A stretch of DNA of 64,000 nt. It comes from Hemiscyllium ocellatum. Taxonomy: Eukaryota. The stretch lies in the NCBI RefSeq assembly GCF_020745735.1, contig NW_026867538.1, positions 1,798,001-1,862,000 on the forward strand, in the 5' to 3' direction. Below are positions 26,155 to 38,450 of this stretch, one piece after another. The notes beneath the pieces are model-generated. The model had not been told where the DNA came from. It was given only the letters and a program-made list of their open reading frames with translations, and made no database searches. The position numbers were made by a program, and so were the translations under genes. Numbering within the stretch: the stretch's first letter is position 1; the number at the start of each line of letters is the position of its first letter.

Positions 26155-27455
26155 TAGCATTGCCGTCGGGTCAGTTCTGGTAAAGGGTGCACTCTTGTAG
26201 GGTTAGTGCTTTGGGAGTGACACACTGTCATCGGGTAAGGGTTGAGGGAAAGCTGCACGATCAGACGTCACTGTGAATGTGTCATTGCTGATGGACTGGC
26301 CACTGTTGGAGTGTCAATGCTGAGGAAGTGGGCACTTTCACAGGTCAGTCCTTAGGGAGTGGACTCTGTCAGAGAGTAAGTGCTCAGGGATTTTTCCCAC
26401 TGTCGGAATATCAGTGGTGATGGTGTCCCACACTGTTGAATGATCAGATTTCAGGGATTTGCCGCATGGTCAGAGGTTCAGCAGTGAGAGAAATCTGCAC
26501 GTTTCGAGTTTCAGTGCTGAGTCAGGGAGAACTTTTGAAATGTCAGTGCTGAGAGAGTGCAAAATGTCTCAGGCTCAATGCTGAGGAAACACCGTCAGTA
26601 GGTCAGCGCTGAGGGAATGGGCACACTTTTACAGTCAGTATTGAGTGAGTGGTAATTGGGGTTCAGTCCTGATGGAGTGAGTATTATCGGAGGGAATGGG
26701 AACTTTCGCCAGGTCAGTGCTGAGGGAATGGGAACTGCCAGAACGTCAGTGTTGAGTAAGCGGGCACTGTCGGACGTTCAGTGCCGAGGGATTGCAAAAC
26801 TGTCGAAGGATTAGTGGTGAGGGAGTCCCACACTGTCGAAGTAGGAAGTTCTGCACTTGTAGCGTGTCAATGCTAAGGGACGGTGCTCTGTTGTAGGGTC
26901 AGAGAATGAACAAGGTCTTAGAATCAATGCCAAGGGAGTTCCGCACTGTTGAAGGTCAGTACTAAAGGAAGGGCGGTGACGGAGCTCCGTGCTGAGCAAG
27001 TGCTGCACTGCCGGATGGTCATTGCTAAAGGAGCTGCGCACTGTGAGAGGGTAATTGCTGTGCCGGGGGCATTGTTCAATCGTCAGCCCCGAACGTTTGC
27101 CGCGCTGTTGGAATGTCAATGCTGACGGAATGGGCACTGTTGCATAGACAGTAAAGAGGAATTTGTTACTGTCAGAAGGTCAGTATTGGTGGTTTTGGCA
27201 CTGTCAGACGGTAAGCGCTGAAGGAGTGGGCCCTGTCGAGGGTCCGTGCTGAGGGAGTGGGCACTGTCGAGGGTCAGTGCTGAGGGTTTGCTACAATGTT
27301 GGAAGGTCAGTGCTCTGCGAGTGGCCACTGTTGCAAGTTCAGTTCTGAAGACGTCGGCTCTGTAGGCGGGTCAATACAGAAGGTGCACCATACAGTCAGC
27401 CGGTCAGTAGTCAAAGCTAAACTGCTGAGTGGGAGTGCACCCTATCGGAGGGTTA
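26155..27455 (+). repeat. Degenerate 31-33-bp minisatellite (~40 units), consensus ~GGTCAGTGCTGAGGGAGTGGGCACTGTCGGA
   Basis: Recurring GTCAGTGCTGAGGGA...CACTGT; clearest units at 27241-27304. Confidence 0.9.
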
Positions 27456-27523
27456 GAACGAGATGGAAAGGGAAAGCGAAATGCAATTCAATTGGTCTGA
27501 AACTCGGGAACATCAGGGACTAC

Positions 27524-28058
27524 CTGGAGCTGGAGCTGGAGCTTGAGGTGGAGTTGGAGAAGGAGCTTGTGCTGGTGCTGGCGATGGTGTTGGTGCTGGT
27601 GCTGGCGATGGTGTTAGTGCTGGTGCTGGTGCTGAAGCTGGTGCAGGAGCTGTAGCTGGACCTGAATCTGGACTTGGATCTGGGACTGGAGGTGATGCTG
27701 ATGATGGAGCTAGATATAGTGCTGTCGCGGGTTCTGGAGCTGCTGCATGTGATGGTGCCGGTTCTGAAACTTGAGGGGAACCTTTTTACAGAGCTGGAGC
27801 TGGAGCGGAAACTAAATCTTGAGCGGGAGCTGGAGCTGGAACTTGAGCTGGTGCTAGAGCAGGACCTTTTGCTGATGTGGTGCTGGAGCTGGTGATAGCA
27901 CTGCCGTGACTCCGCAGCTGGAGCGAGAGCTGGTGCTGGAAAAGGAGACGAAGTTGTGGCTCCAGCTGGTACTGGAGCTGGTGCAATTGCTGCAATTGGT
28001 GCTGGAGGTGGGGCTAGAGCAGGCTCTGGTGTTGGACCAAGAACTTTTACTGAAGTGG
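27524..28058 (+). repeat. Degenerate hexamer repeat (CTGGAG/CTGGTG)n, left part
   Basis: Translates as LELELE/LVLVL; continues after the CR1 insertion at 30767-30875. Confidence 0.9.
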
Positions 28059-30768
28059 GGCAGAGGGGGTGGAGTGGCCTTCTTGGTAAGGGAGGATATT
28101 CAGTCCCTTGAGCGGGGGGAACTAGAGTCAGGGGATGTAGAGTCAGTGTGGATAGAGCTGCGAAATACTAAGGGTCAAAAGACCCTCTTGGGAGTCATCT
28201 ACAGGCCCCAAAACAGTAGTATGGATGTCGGATGTAAGTTGAATCAGGAGCTGAAATTGGCCTGTGGTAAAGATGTTACTACAATTGTTATGGAGGATAT
28301 TAACATGCAGGTAGACTGGGAGAATCAGGATAGTATTGGACCTCAAGAAAGAGACTTTGTGGAGTGCCTCAGAGATAGATTCTTAGAGCAGCTGGTGCTG
28401 GAGCCGACCAGGGAGAAGGCAATTCTGGATCTGGTATTGTGTAATGAACCAGAATTGGTCAGAGACCTCGAAGTGAAGGAACCATTGGGAAGTAGTGACC
28501 ATAATACAATAAGTTTCTACCTGCAATTTGAGAGTGAGAGGGTACAGTCGGAAGTGACAGTACTTTTGTTGAATAATGGGAACTATGGAGCTATGAGGGA
28601 GGAGCTGGCCAAAGTTCAATGGGGCAATTCCTTAGCATGGATGACCGTGGTGGAACAATGGCGGGTATTTCTGTGTATAATGCAGAATTTGCAGAATCAG
28701 TGCATTCCTAAAAGGAAGAAAGATCCCAGGAGGAGGCATGGGCGGCCGCAGCTGACGAGGGAAGTTAAGAAACATAGAAAGTTAAAAGAGAAAAAGTACT
28801 ACATAGCAAAGATAAGTGGGAAAACAGAGGACTGGGAAACTTTTAAAGAACAACTGAGGAATACTAAGAAGGAAATTCGCAGAGGAATAATGAGGTACGA
28901 AGGTAAACTGGCCAATAATATAAAGGAGGATAGTAAAAGCTTTTTCAAGTATGTGCAAGGCAAAAAAATTGTTAGGACTAAAATTGGGCCATTGAAGACA
29001 GAAACAGGGGAATATATTACAGGGAACAAAGAAATGGCAGAAGAATTAAATGGGTACTTCAGATCTGTGTTCACTGGGGAAGACACAAGCAATCTCCCTG
29101 AGGTAACATTGACTGAAGGACCTGAACTTATGGGAATCTTTATTTGCCGGGATTTGGTGTTGGAGAGACTGTTAGGTCGAAAGGTTGATAAGTCCCCGGG
29201 GCCTGATGGTCTACATTCCAGGGTACTGAATGAGGTGGCTCGGGAAATCGTGGATGCGTTGGTGATGATTTTCCAGAATTCGATAGATTTGGGATTGGTA
29301 CCTGTGGTTGGAGAGTGGCTAATGTTCTAATACTTTTTAAGAAAGGTGAGAGAGAGAAAGCAGGAAATTATAGACCAGTTAGTCTGACCTCAGTGGTGGG
29401 AAAGATGCTGGAGTCTATTATAAAGGATGAGATTACGGCACATCTGGATAGGAGTAACAGGATAGGACAGAGTCACATGGATTTATGAAGGGGAAATCAT
29501 GCTTGACTAATCATCTGGAGTTTTTTGAGGATGTAACTCTGAAGATGGACGAGGGAGATCCAGTAGTTGCAGTGTACTTGGACTTTCGGAAAGCTTTTGA
29601 TAGAGTTCCACATTGGAGGTTAGTGAGTAAACTTAGGGCGCATGGTATTGTGGGCAAAGTACTAGATTGGATTGAAAATTGGTTGGCTGATAGGAAACAA
29701 AGGGTTGTGATAAACGGCTCCATTTCAGAATGGCAGGCAGTGACCAGTGGGGTACCGCAGGGATCCGTGCTGGGACTGCAGCTTTTTACAATATATGTTA
29801 ATGATATAGAAGATGGTATCAGCAATAAAATTAGCAAATTTGCTGATGATACAAAGCTGGGTGGCAGGGTGAAATGTGATGAGGATGTTAGGAGATTACA
29901 GGGTAGCCTGGACAAGATAGGTGAGTGGGCAGATGCATAGCAGATGCAATTTATGTGGATAACTGTATGGTTATCCACTTTGGTGGGAAGAACAGGAAGA
30001 CAGATTACTACCTCAATGGAATTAATTTAGGTAAAGGGGCAGTACAGAGAGATCTTGGTGTTCTTGTACACCAGTCACTGAAGGTAAACATGCGGGTAAA
30101 GCAGGTAGTGAAGGCGGCTAATAGCATGCTGGCCTTCATAACAACAGGAATTGAGTATAGAAGCAAAGAGGTGCTTCTGAAGCTGTATAGGGCCCTGGTG
30201 AGACCACACCTGGAGCACTGTGTGCAGTTCTGGTCGCCAAATTTGAGGAAAGACATTCTGGCTATTGAGGGAGTACAGCGTAGGTTCACGAGGTCAATTC
30301 CTGGAATGGAGGGATTACCTTACACTGAAAGACTGAAGAGACTGGGTTTGTATACCCTAGAGTTTAGAAGACTGAGAGGGGATCTGATTGAGATGTATAA
30401 GATTATGAAAGGATTGGACACTCTGGCAGCAGGAAACATGTTTCCGCTGATGGGTGAGTTCCGAACCAGTGGACACAGCTGAAAAATACGGGGTAGACAT
30501 TTAGGACAGAGATGAGGAGAAACTTCTTCACCCAGAAAGTAGTGGCTCTGTGGAATGCTCTGCCCCAGAGGACAGTGGAGGCCCAGTATCTGGATTCATT
30601 TAAGAAAGAGTTGGATAGAGCTCTCAAAGATAGTGGAATCAAGGGTTATGGAGATAAGGCAGGGAGCGGATACTGAGTAGGAATGATCAGCCATGATCAT
30701 ACTGAATGGCGGTGCAGGCTCGAAGGGCTGAATGGCTTACCCCTGCATCTATTGTCTATTGTCTATTG
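28059..30768 (+). mobile_element. Young 5'-truncated CR1 LINE ORF2 (APE endonuclease + RT), few disablements
   Basis: APE: GRGGGVA, GVIYRP, ILDLVL, SDH; RT: KSPGPDG, YLDFRKAFD, PQGSVLG, FADD at 29839-29850; TAG at 29938-29940 plus frameshifts; (TCTATTG)3 tail at 30748-30768. Confidence 0.97.
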
Positions 30769-30875
30769 GTGCAGGAGCTGCAGCGAGATCTAATCCTTCA
30801 ACTTGTGCTGGAACAGGTTCATTGAGCTCGTGCCTTTTCTGTAGGTGGTGCTGAAGCTGGAGGTGGTGTAGCTGG
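30767..30875 (+). repeat. Hexamer (CTGGAG/CTGGTG) repeat, right part
   Basis: TGGTGCAGGAGCTGCAG...GTGCTGAAGCTGGAGGTGGTGTAGCTGG. Confidence 0.75.
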
Positions 30876-31330
30876 GAAGAGTGCAAAGAAGATTTACGGG
30901 TATATTTCCAGTACCAGTGGGCCTAACCTATTGGGGGTGGTTGGCCAGGATAGGACTGCACTCCGCGGAATGGTGGAAAATGACTAATGATCTAATTGAG
31001 GCGTATAAAATCATGAGCAGCACAGATATAATGAATTTTATTTTCAGTTAATCGTAATCTAGGTTTGAAGATAAAAGTCGAAAAATTTAAAAAGGTTCTG
31101 AGGGGCAAAGTCTTCACCCAGAAAACAGTGCGTGCGTGGAATGGTCTGCCAGAGAAAAGGTTGACGTAGATACAGTATTTAACAAAATAAAAATGTGGAT
31201 TGGCACATGGATTGGAATGGTTTCGAGTTATATGGACCAAATGTGGGCCATTCAGACGAAATGAGTGGCCACCACGGTCAGTTTGGTCTGAAGGACCTGT
31301 TTGCATGTCGTGTTACTCCATGTCTCTATG
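30875..31330 (+). mobile_element. CR1 3' fragment, degenerate
   Basis: AGAGTGCAAAGAAGATTTACG (RVQRRFT); GATCTAATTGAGGCGTATAAAATC (DLIEAYKI); tail CTCCATGTCTCTATG. Confidence 0.82.
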
Positions 31331-31353
31331 AATTGGGTTATAAATAGATAGGA

Positions 31354-31830
31354 ACTGAGGACTTTGCTCCTAATGTGGTCTGTTCGGCGAGTTGAAGGCA
31401 GGCATGATGCACTGTGCTATGTGTAGTCAGAATCGGCAAGAATGGACAGAAAGTGGCCTTTTTTCACCCAGAGTGGTCTGTTAATCTAGGGTAAGGCAGG
31501 ATCTGTGCACTGGGCTCCCAGCAGGGTCTATTTGGGGAGGTGTCGCCTGGAACTCTACACTGTACTCCCTGTGTGGTCTGTCAGGTTTGGTGACAGCAGG
31601 GCGAATACACTGCGCTCCTAGTGTCGTCCAAACAGTATAGGTGAAGGCCGAAACTGTGCACTATACTGCTGGTGTGGTCAGAACAGTGGAAAATGTGGTA
31701 GCTGCTGTGCACTTTGCTCTCAGTGTTACCTCTCAGAATTGATAGAGGCAGCGACTGAGGACGGTGCTCCCAGTACGTTCTGAGAGTAGTGCATACAAAG
31801 GGAAGAACTGTGAACTTGTTTGAAGTTTTG
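31354..31830 (+). repeat. 50-bp-period minisatellite, block 2 (~10 units), with palindromic conserved half
   Basis: Units begin at ~31354, 31404, 31452, 31502, 31552, 31602, 31653, 31704, 31754, 31807; consensus ACTGTGCACTGNGCTCCCAGTGTGGTCTG plus ~21 variable nt. Confidence 0.8.
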
Positions 31831-33054
31831 TCTAAAGAGAGGAGTTGGAGGCATTGCGTTCTGAACAGGGGAGTTGGAGGCAGCGACCGGACTCTCTCCT
31901 TCAGGCGTGGCCTAATCAATCAACACTGACACCAGAAAAATCATTAGCAGCAACAATCTGGAAGTGTGTAGAAAGGTTAAGATGCCATCAACTCCTAGGG
32001 GCTCTCACCCAAGTACAAAAGTGAGAACTCTATCTAGTTTGATAGTTGTCCCAATTTTAATTTAACCCATAAACAGCAGAGCTCTTGAATAACTAAGATA
32101 AGTAACTGGTTTAAATTGGGGTGATCTCTGATCCAGATGAACAGCAGTTCTGGTGTGTGTAAGTAGATCACTTCTTCCCGTATCTACAAAATGGATCATA
32201 AGATTGGCGACTGATGGCCTCACTTACAAACTCCCACTCCCACCCCGCAACCCCACCCCCGCCATGGAGAGCCACAGCAAAAACAAAGATCAAGATCTGT
32301 GCTCCCAACATCTTCAGCTGATCTCCTCCGAGGGGCATTGAGATAATTAGATTCTGGAAGCCATTTATAAGAACGCACATTATCTTAATTGTGTGATGCT
32401 GCAAAAGTGATCAAAATATGTTTGTATCACTAAATGAGCATAGTTATATTAATTCATATACAGCAGTCAGTGATACCATCAGAACATTGACAGATTTATA
32501 TTTTTGAAACAGCAGTAAAAAAACGATGGTAACATATTCCCTCGGCGCACATATCTGTACAAGCATAATTCCACAACACCAAACCAATATAAATTGGGGT
32601 AACCTGAGCAGTCATTGCTTTTCTTCTGTTGTGTAAGAATTCTGTGCGGTGTTTAAATAGAATCTTTTTTCAAGCTGCAATTTATTAGGAACTTAGAACA
32701 TGCAAAACTGTGAGAGCACCACCTTCTGAATTTCATATGACATTCGCTATTAAACTGCACAAATACATCAATCAATCCAGAGAATTGATTGATTGCATAG
32801 GATGCCGTCTCCGAGAGAGGCTAAAGGCCTATACTTTTAATTATTTGTCCGGACTTGGGCGTCGCTGGCTGACCAGCATTGATAGTCCTTCTCTGTGTTC
32901 AGACACAGATTGCTACAAAACTGAAAACGTTAACTTTTACAGTCTGAAAAGAGTTACAAAGTATAAAGAAATATTCTCTTATAAGCTTGCTGATAACTGC
33001 ATCTTTTGCTGCTCCACATCCTCGTTCTCCAGATTTTCCAAAACCTGAGTACTT

Positions 33055-33292
33055 CATTAACAAGTACTATATATCGGCCACTGCAGCGACCAGCTACTGA
33101 CAACCGGAAGCGGCAGATTCAAACCAGTATAAATGCCGGAGGTATCAGCACAGAAACGCTTCACAGGAGGCTCCCAAGCACTGAAGGTGTCACCTAGAAA
33201 GTGGACGGAACGTTTGCAAGTAAAACTCTCAGCTCGGTGAACATAACTACAACAACAAGCACCCGAGCTACAAATCTTCTCACAGACTTTGA
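33055..33292 (+). mobile_element. PLE (Poseidon-type) 3' terminal fragment with decayed hammerhead
   Basis: GCA-CTGAAGG-T-GTCACCTAGAAAGTGGAC-GGAACGTT-TGC at 33178-33217; similar termini at 56730-56800 and 59935-60010. Confidence 0.72.
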
Positions 33293-34403
33293 TCATTAAC
33301 AAACCTGTTGCGAAAATTGGAGAGATACCGATTGCATTATTAGAAACGATTCACTCTGGCATCGGTACAGATCCCTGAAGAAAGGTCTCCATTCTGAGAA
33401 ACCATTGTGAATCAATGCCAGTTCACACTCAATACAATAATCAAGCTGCTCAAGTTTCTCAATGAATAATTTGGAAATAATCCAAAATTTAGCGTGTTTT
33501 TGTTCCTTGAAGATGGACCTCTGGGGATAATGTAAAGTTCGTTTACCTTTTTGGAATGTATGGTTAATTAAAAGTGTGTTGTATGCTTGTATTTTCCTAT
33601 ATCAGCGTAAGGCATGCTTGGTCAACGTCTTGTGCTTTTGAGCAACCTTCTATGATTGTGTCAAGCAATAGTCTGCGAAATATTGATTCTAAAAAGGTCT
33701 GTCAAGCTTGCTAAATGTTTACCTTTTGTAATTGGCTCTGCGTTGTGTTTGGAACTCGGAAAATGTAATTTGCAGAAGTTTCATGTTTGCAATTTCATTT
33801 TTTCTGGACAGCATGAAATTACAATTAATATTTTAATATATGTGCGAATCTTTATTTCCGATGATAAGATTGTTTAATCTTAATATCCAATGCTGAAAGA
33901 ATGCTGAAACTGTAACTCCTCGCGTGCGAGGAGTTCGGGAATATGAAACGTCAACAAAGGGGTTATTTTATTTTTCTCTTCTTAAAAGGATAATCATTTA
34001 TTGCCCTTCCAGGAAGAGAGACGGTTGAAATAATTTGATCCAGAGGTTTACGTTCCATAAGGTTTGTCCCTGAATCTGAATGAGCTCAATATTACTTAGC
34101 ACATGCCACTTGATGCGGTTTGAATGCAATTTAGTTGTTTCTTTTTCGATATTTGGGTCACCGAAGGCTGAACCCGTTTACAGAGTTTCAATTTCGCAAC
34201 ACGGTGATAAATGACATACCTAACCTCTCAAACCAGTTGCTAATAATACATTTCAACTTTGGGGAATTACTGTGCAAATATTAAGTAGTATTAAATAGTG
34301 AGTGCCAGCAATCTCGAAACCAATGAGTCTTTGTACGCTTAAGCAGGGCATGACAATACTATATTACGTTGATACGTTTAAGAGATTGGTAAAAAATGTA
34401 CGC

Positions 34404-35143
34404 TGTTATGAAGTTGTGGGTGCATGCCGAACCTTTAAGAGAGAATGAAACTTGAAAGCTGGCATACAACTTTCATGTGACTAACTAGATGCAACAGTGT
34501 GCTGGAAAATTGAAAGATGTAAATTTTGTCTGTAACATAGATACACCAGCTGTTTTCACCAATCAGTTTTATTTATGCCCCAATATGCTAACATCAAATC
34601 GAATTCGAATTTTACTGTTTTGAAAACATTGAACCATTTAGACGATCGATGTTTTGAGTACAAAAGAGGCAGCATTTTGCACAGTTAGCCGGAAAGAGTA
34701 CTGATTGATATTGGAAGACTGGTACTCAACATACTCTCTGCCAATGCTACCTATTTCATACGAAACATTTTTGCAGCAGAACGCTGAAGATGACCAAGGA
34801 AGATCTAAAAAAAGAAGAAGATCGACACCAGAGAAAACAGCCACTGTCTGATTTTGAAAATTAAATTTCTCTAAATTTAATACGGGCTTTTTATTGCATC
34901 AATCTTTTTGTTATAGAGTGGAAGGTACAAAACAAATCTTTAAGAAAAGGGCAACTTAGAATTCTAATGATTTGTTGTTTAATGAAAACTTTTAACGTTG
35001 AAGAATATAAAAGCTTATGATTTTGTTAATACTGGAATTTGGTTAGTTCTCTGGCACGTATCATTTCATAGATTACGAGGAGAGTTGAGTTGTTCTGTGC
35101 ATTTTGTTTAAATAACAGACGGGTTCACCGCCGAATCGTAACA
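34404..35143 (+). mobile_element. Gypsy 5' LTR (740 bp)
   Basis: TGTTA...TAACA termini; followed by a degenerate PBS-like sequence and then gag; 5' end similar to the LTR at 40018. Confidence 0.72.
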
Positions 35144-35329
35144 GTTTGTGACCTCGGGTTCTTGATTTGGATAGGTTTAAGCAGATCCAGTCTGAAAATT
35201 GCACAGGTCTGGAGAGGTTTGAGTTAGCAGTTTTAACCACTTGCCGATTAATGTCCTAGATTTTGAAACGAAACGTAAATTTTGGTTATTTGTATTTGTT
35301 TAAATTAAAAGTGGTGAAGTAGATTGAAA

Positions 35330-36890
35330 ATTTCCTCAAGTGTTTCTGAGGTTGAAAGATGATTCACAAATTTGCCAAAGAAGTTGGCAAGTACAGAAAA
35401 AACACCATAATTGTCGAATTAGCAAAGTGGTTAGAATTAAGTTTAACCAAGTACAAAAGTAAAGTTGAAATTTTAAGTGAGTTACTCAATCACTTCGATG
35501 TGTCAGAGAAACAGACAAGTGGAGGACTCTTAGAAAAAAACTTAAAATACAATTGAGGAAAATTGAGTTGGAAGATAAAGAAAGGGAGAGAAAAAGAGGA
35601 AGCCAACAAAGAGAGGCAGAGAGGAAATGAAGGGGAGAGAAAAAAGAGATTGAGATAGAGATCGAAGGAGAGGAAAATGAAAGAGAGAGGAGGTTCTTAG
35701 CTAAGCAAAGGGTGAGGGAATAATGAGGTAGAGGGAGAGAAAAAAGAGAGAAAAGAGGGAGAGTGAAAACAGAGAGAATAGAACGAGAAGTGGAGAGAGA
35801 TTCTGAACGTCAGAAGTAGCAACTTAGCAAAGCCAACTTAATGGGATGTAGATGAAGAGAGAAGATAGTGATATATGCAAATATCTTAAAACATTGTCAC
35901 GATTTGATGTGGAAGATACTGAAGTCTTCTGTATTTCTACTTAAAAACTGACTTCACAGACGGTGTAGTCAGTGGACTTGTGGGCAATGCTAGTTCAGAG
36001 AAAAATTGATACACAGTGCTTGTGAGGTAATAGCAGCACTGTCAGATGAGGATTCACGTGATTATAAAGAGGTCAAACAGTCATTTTTGACTGCTTATTA
36101 ATTGGTACCAGAGGACCATAGACTACCGTTCAGAAACATAAAGAAGGATCAAGGTCAGATTTAAGCTGAGTTCGAAAGAATTAAACATAGTAATTTAGAT
36201 AGATAGATACGGTTTCTAAAATATAGATAAGATCTTTGAGGCTCTAAGAGAGATTATTCTTCTAGAAGAGTTTAAAAACTCACTCCTAAAGACGATAAGA
36301 ATTCATGTGGATGAACAAAAACTGCAAGAAGTGGGAAGAGGAGCAGAGATGGAAGGTGAACATACATTGGTGCATAAGGCAAAGTTTAGATTCTGGCAAA
36401 GGGTAGAAATTGGAGAAAGAGGCTCATGAATTAAGAAAATAAAGAGTAGAGAGAACTGGTATTTTTTTAACCACAGGTCCAAAAAGAAGTACAAGAGGGG
36501 GGAAAGGAGTTACTACTGTGCTAAGGTGGGACACGTTAAGTCACTGTACTGGCATTATTGAAACCAGTAAAGGAAACCACAAGAAACTTCGAAGAGCTGA
36601 AGGCAAGTGCACGGCCGAGACAGGGACTGGGTATGAGGCTAATGCTTGATCTCTGTAAAGAATTCCCCGCTACTGCTGAAGTTAACTCAGAAAGAACGGG
36701 GGAGTAGTGAACGAAGATATAATTTTGAGAAATAGTGAATCTAATCAATGTCTCCTTATAAGAGATTAGAGATTGTAGCACTCTTTCGTATGTGTTACCT
36801 GAGAGAGTGGTAATGTACGGGATAGACCGGGCAGAAATTTGGCGTTCCCATATGCAAGAAACAGAAATTGGAGTTTGCCAAGTTGCTTTC
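35330..36890 (+). mobile_element. Gmr1-like Gypsy gag(-protease) relic
   Basis: IVELAKWLEL N-terminus, GA-rich E/R coiled-coil (35560-35820), LEEFKNSL...HVDEQK, Zn knuckle YYCAKVGHVKSL at ~36510. Confidence 0.82.
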
Positions 36891-37474
36891 TAAGTCTGTC
36901 AAATCATACGTATAAAATGACATGCAAAATTGAAACTTTTATCGTATGATTATCAGTCATGTTACTGGTTGTGCCAGGAGCACTGAGGACGGATCGAAAA
37001 AAATGTGGATGGCGAGTATGGACAGTAAACACTCAGAAGTTAATCTTGCCCTTGTCAGGATGTGCATTCTGCAATAAAACCGGTGTTAAGGACATTTTCA
37101 CCAACGACAAGTGTGAAGTATTGTTGAGGTACAATCAGAATACCAAGGGACACTTGGTGAAAATGCATTAAATCCAAATTCCACTGAACAGATAGCGACA
37201 GATCTGCAAGTTATATATATGTGTGTCGATTAGATTGCCTCTGTCTGCAAGGGGATGTTAAACCTAGGTACAAGTCTAACAGACCTCTTGAAATGTTTGT
37301 AGACATTTCGATGAGAAAATTGTGAAAATGTCTCCTTGCCTTAGTGACTAAATGATAATTGATGCACGAAAAAACCGAATATCAGTCTTGATGAAATACG
37401 GACAGCTGAACGTTCGGCCCCAAGTCTAAATGACAAAGTATTATCGATTGAGAAATGCTGCCCCATTATTTATT

Positions 37475-37850
37475 TCTAACAGGGAATTTGACCAGGATTT
37501 GATGCATTAGATAACGAATGTAGGTTTGGACATATTGAGAGAATCATTTCCTCAGTTGCAACGACTAATGCCAACTAATTTTCTCCATGAAGCAATTCAG
37601 ACAATCCCATTATACCACAACAATTTAACGGATGGAGGTGTCATTGGCAAAGTCGCCATTTGTTGTCCAAATTGCCCTATAGGACAGCTAAGAGTCCACC
37701 ATGTTGCTGTGAATCTAGATACAAGGTGATGGTGGTAGTTATGTTCACGATAGGTCATCAGTGAACCAAGTGTTCTTTTTAAAGCAATTGCCTTCATACC
37801 TGATTTTTCTCCATCAGTTTCATTGAATTCGAATTCCCAAATTGGAATGG
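37475..37850 (-). mobile_element. LINE (L2/CR1 group) 3' region fragment, degenerate
   Basis: CCAGGATTTTGA, AAGAGTCCACCATGTTGCTGTG and TCAGTGAACCA resemble a common shark LINE 3' region (recalled, not searched). Confidence 0.45.
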
Positions 37851-38289
37851 TGCTGAGAAGGCTTCGTGGACTTGATAGCTAGTAGCTCTCTACAGACGCA
37901 GTTAAACTCATTGAATTTCTCACTCCTTCAATTGTTTACTGTATTCCAGTTGAAATAATCAAAACATTGCATTTCCTTATGCTCGTGCATACGAGTTAAG
38001 TTCAAGCAAATTCAGTAATTTATTAATTAAACCCGTATTTTTTGGTTTCAATTCAGATTTGTGGCCGAATGTTAAACGACTGAGCGGAGTTCTAGCCTGT
38101 CGAAAATTGTCACACGTGATATGGGGAAAATTCCAATGTATTTCTCGAGTCCTGCAGTTTCTCAGTATGCACAAATCTTCAACTCTGCTAATTTCCTCCA
38201 CTTAATTTATTTATGTCTCCAATTTGTAAATAATGAAAACGTCCATTAAAAACTGCTGAGTAGCAGAGCGAACCGGAAACCGGATAAAA

Positions 38290-38450
38290 TATGACTGCAG
38301 CAAATCAGAAACAACTACAGAAATAGCTGGAAAAACTCTGCACTATCTATGCAGAGAAATCAGAGTTAACATTTCAGGTCGACTGATCGGTCACCAGAGT
38401 GAAACTTTAACTTGAGTTTCTTTCCACAGATTCTGCTTGATCTGCTGACT
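38290..38450. mobile_element. Short palindromic PLE-terminal-repeat element, decayed
   Basis: Inverted arms ATCTATGCAGAGAAATCAGAGTTAA / TTAACTTGAGTTTCTTTCCACAGAT around a hammerhead-like centre. Confidence 0.6.

Noticed and set aside
27296-27995. LVLVL 'transmembrane' and PAPAPA ORFs
   Set aside because: Low-complexity hexamer repeat with stops and no splice support.
27906-29330. 474-aa ORF as a host gene
   Set aside because: It is a hexamer repeat read into CR1 ORF2, has a GTG start and ends at a frameshift.
31354-31830. CRISPR array
   Set aside because: Vertebrate context, no cas genes, repeats far from identical, and linkers share residual similarity; treated as a minisatellite.
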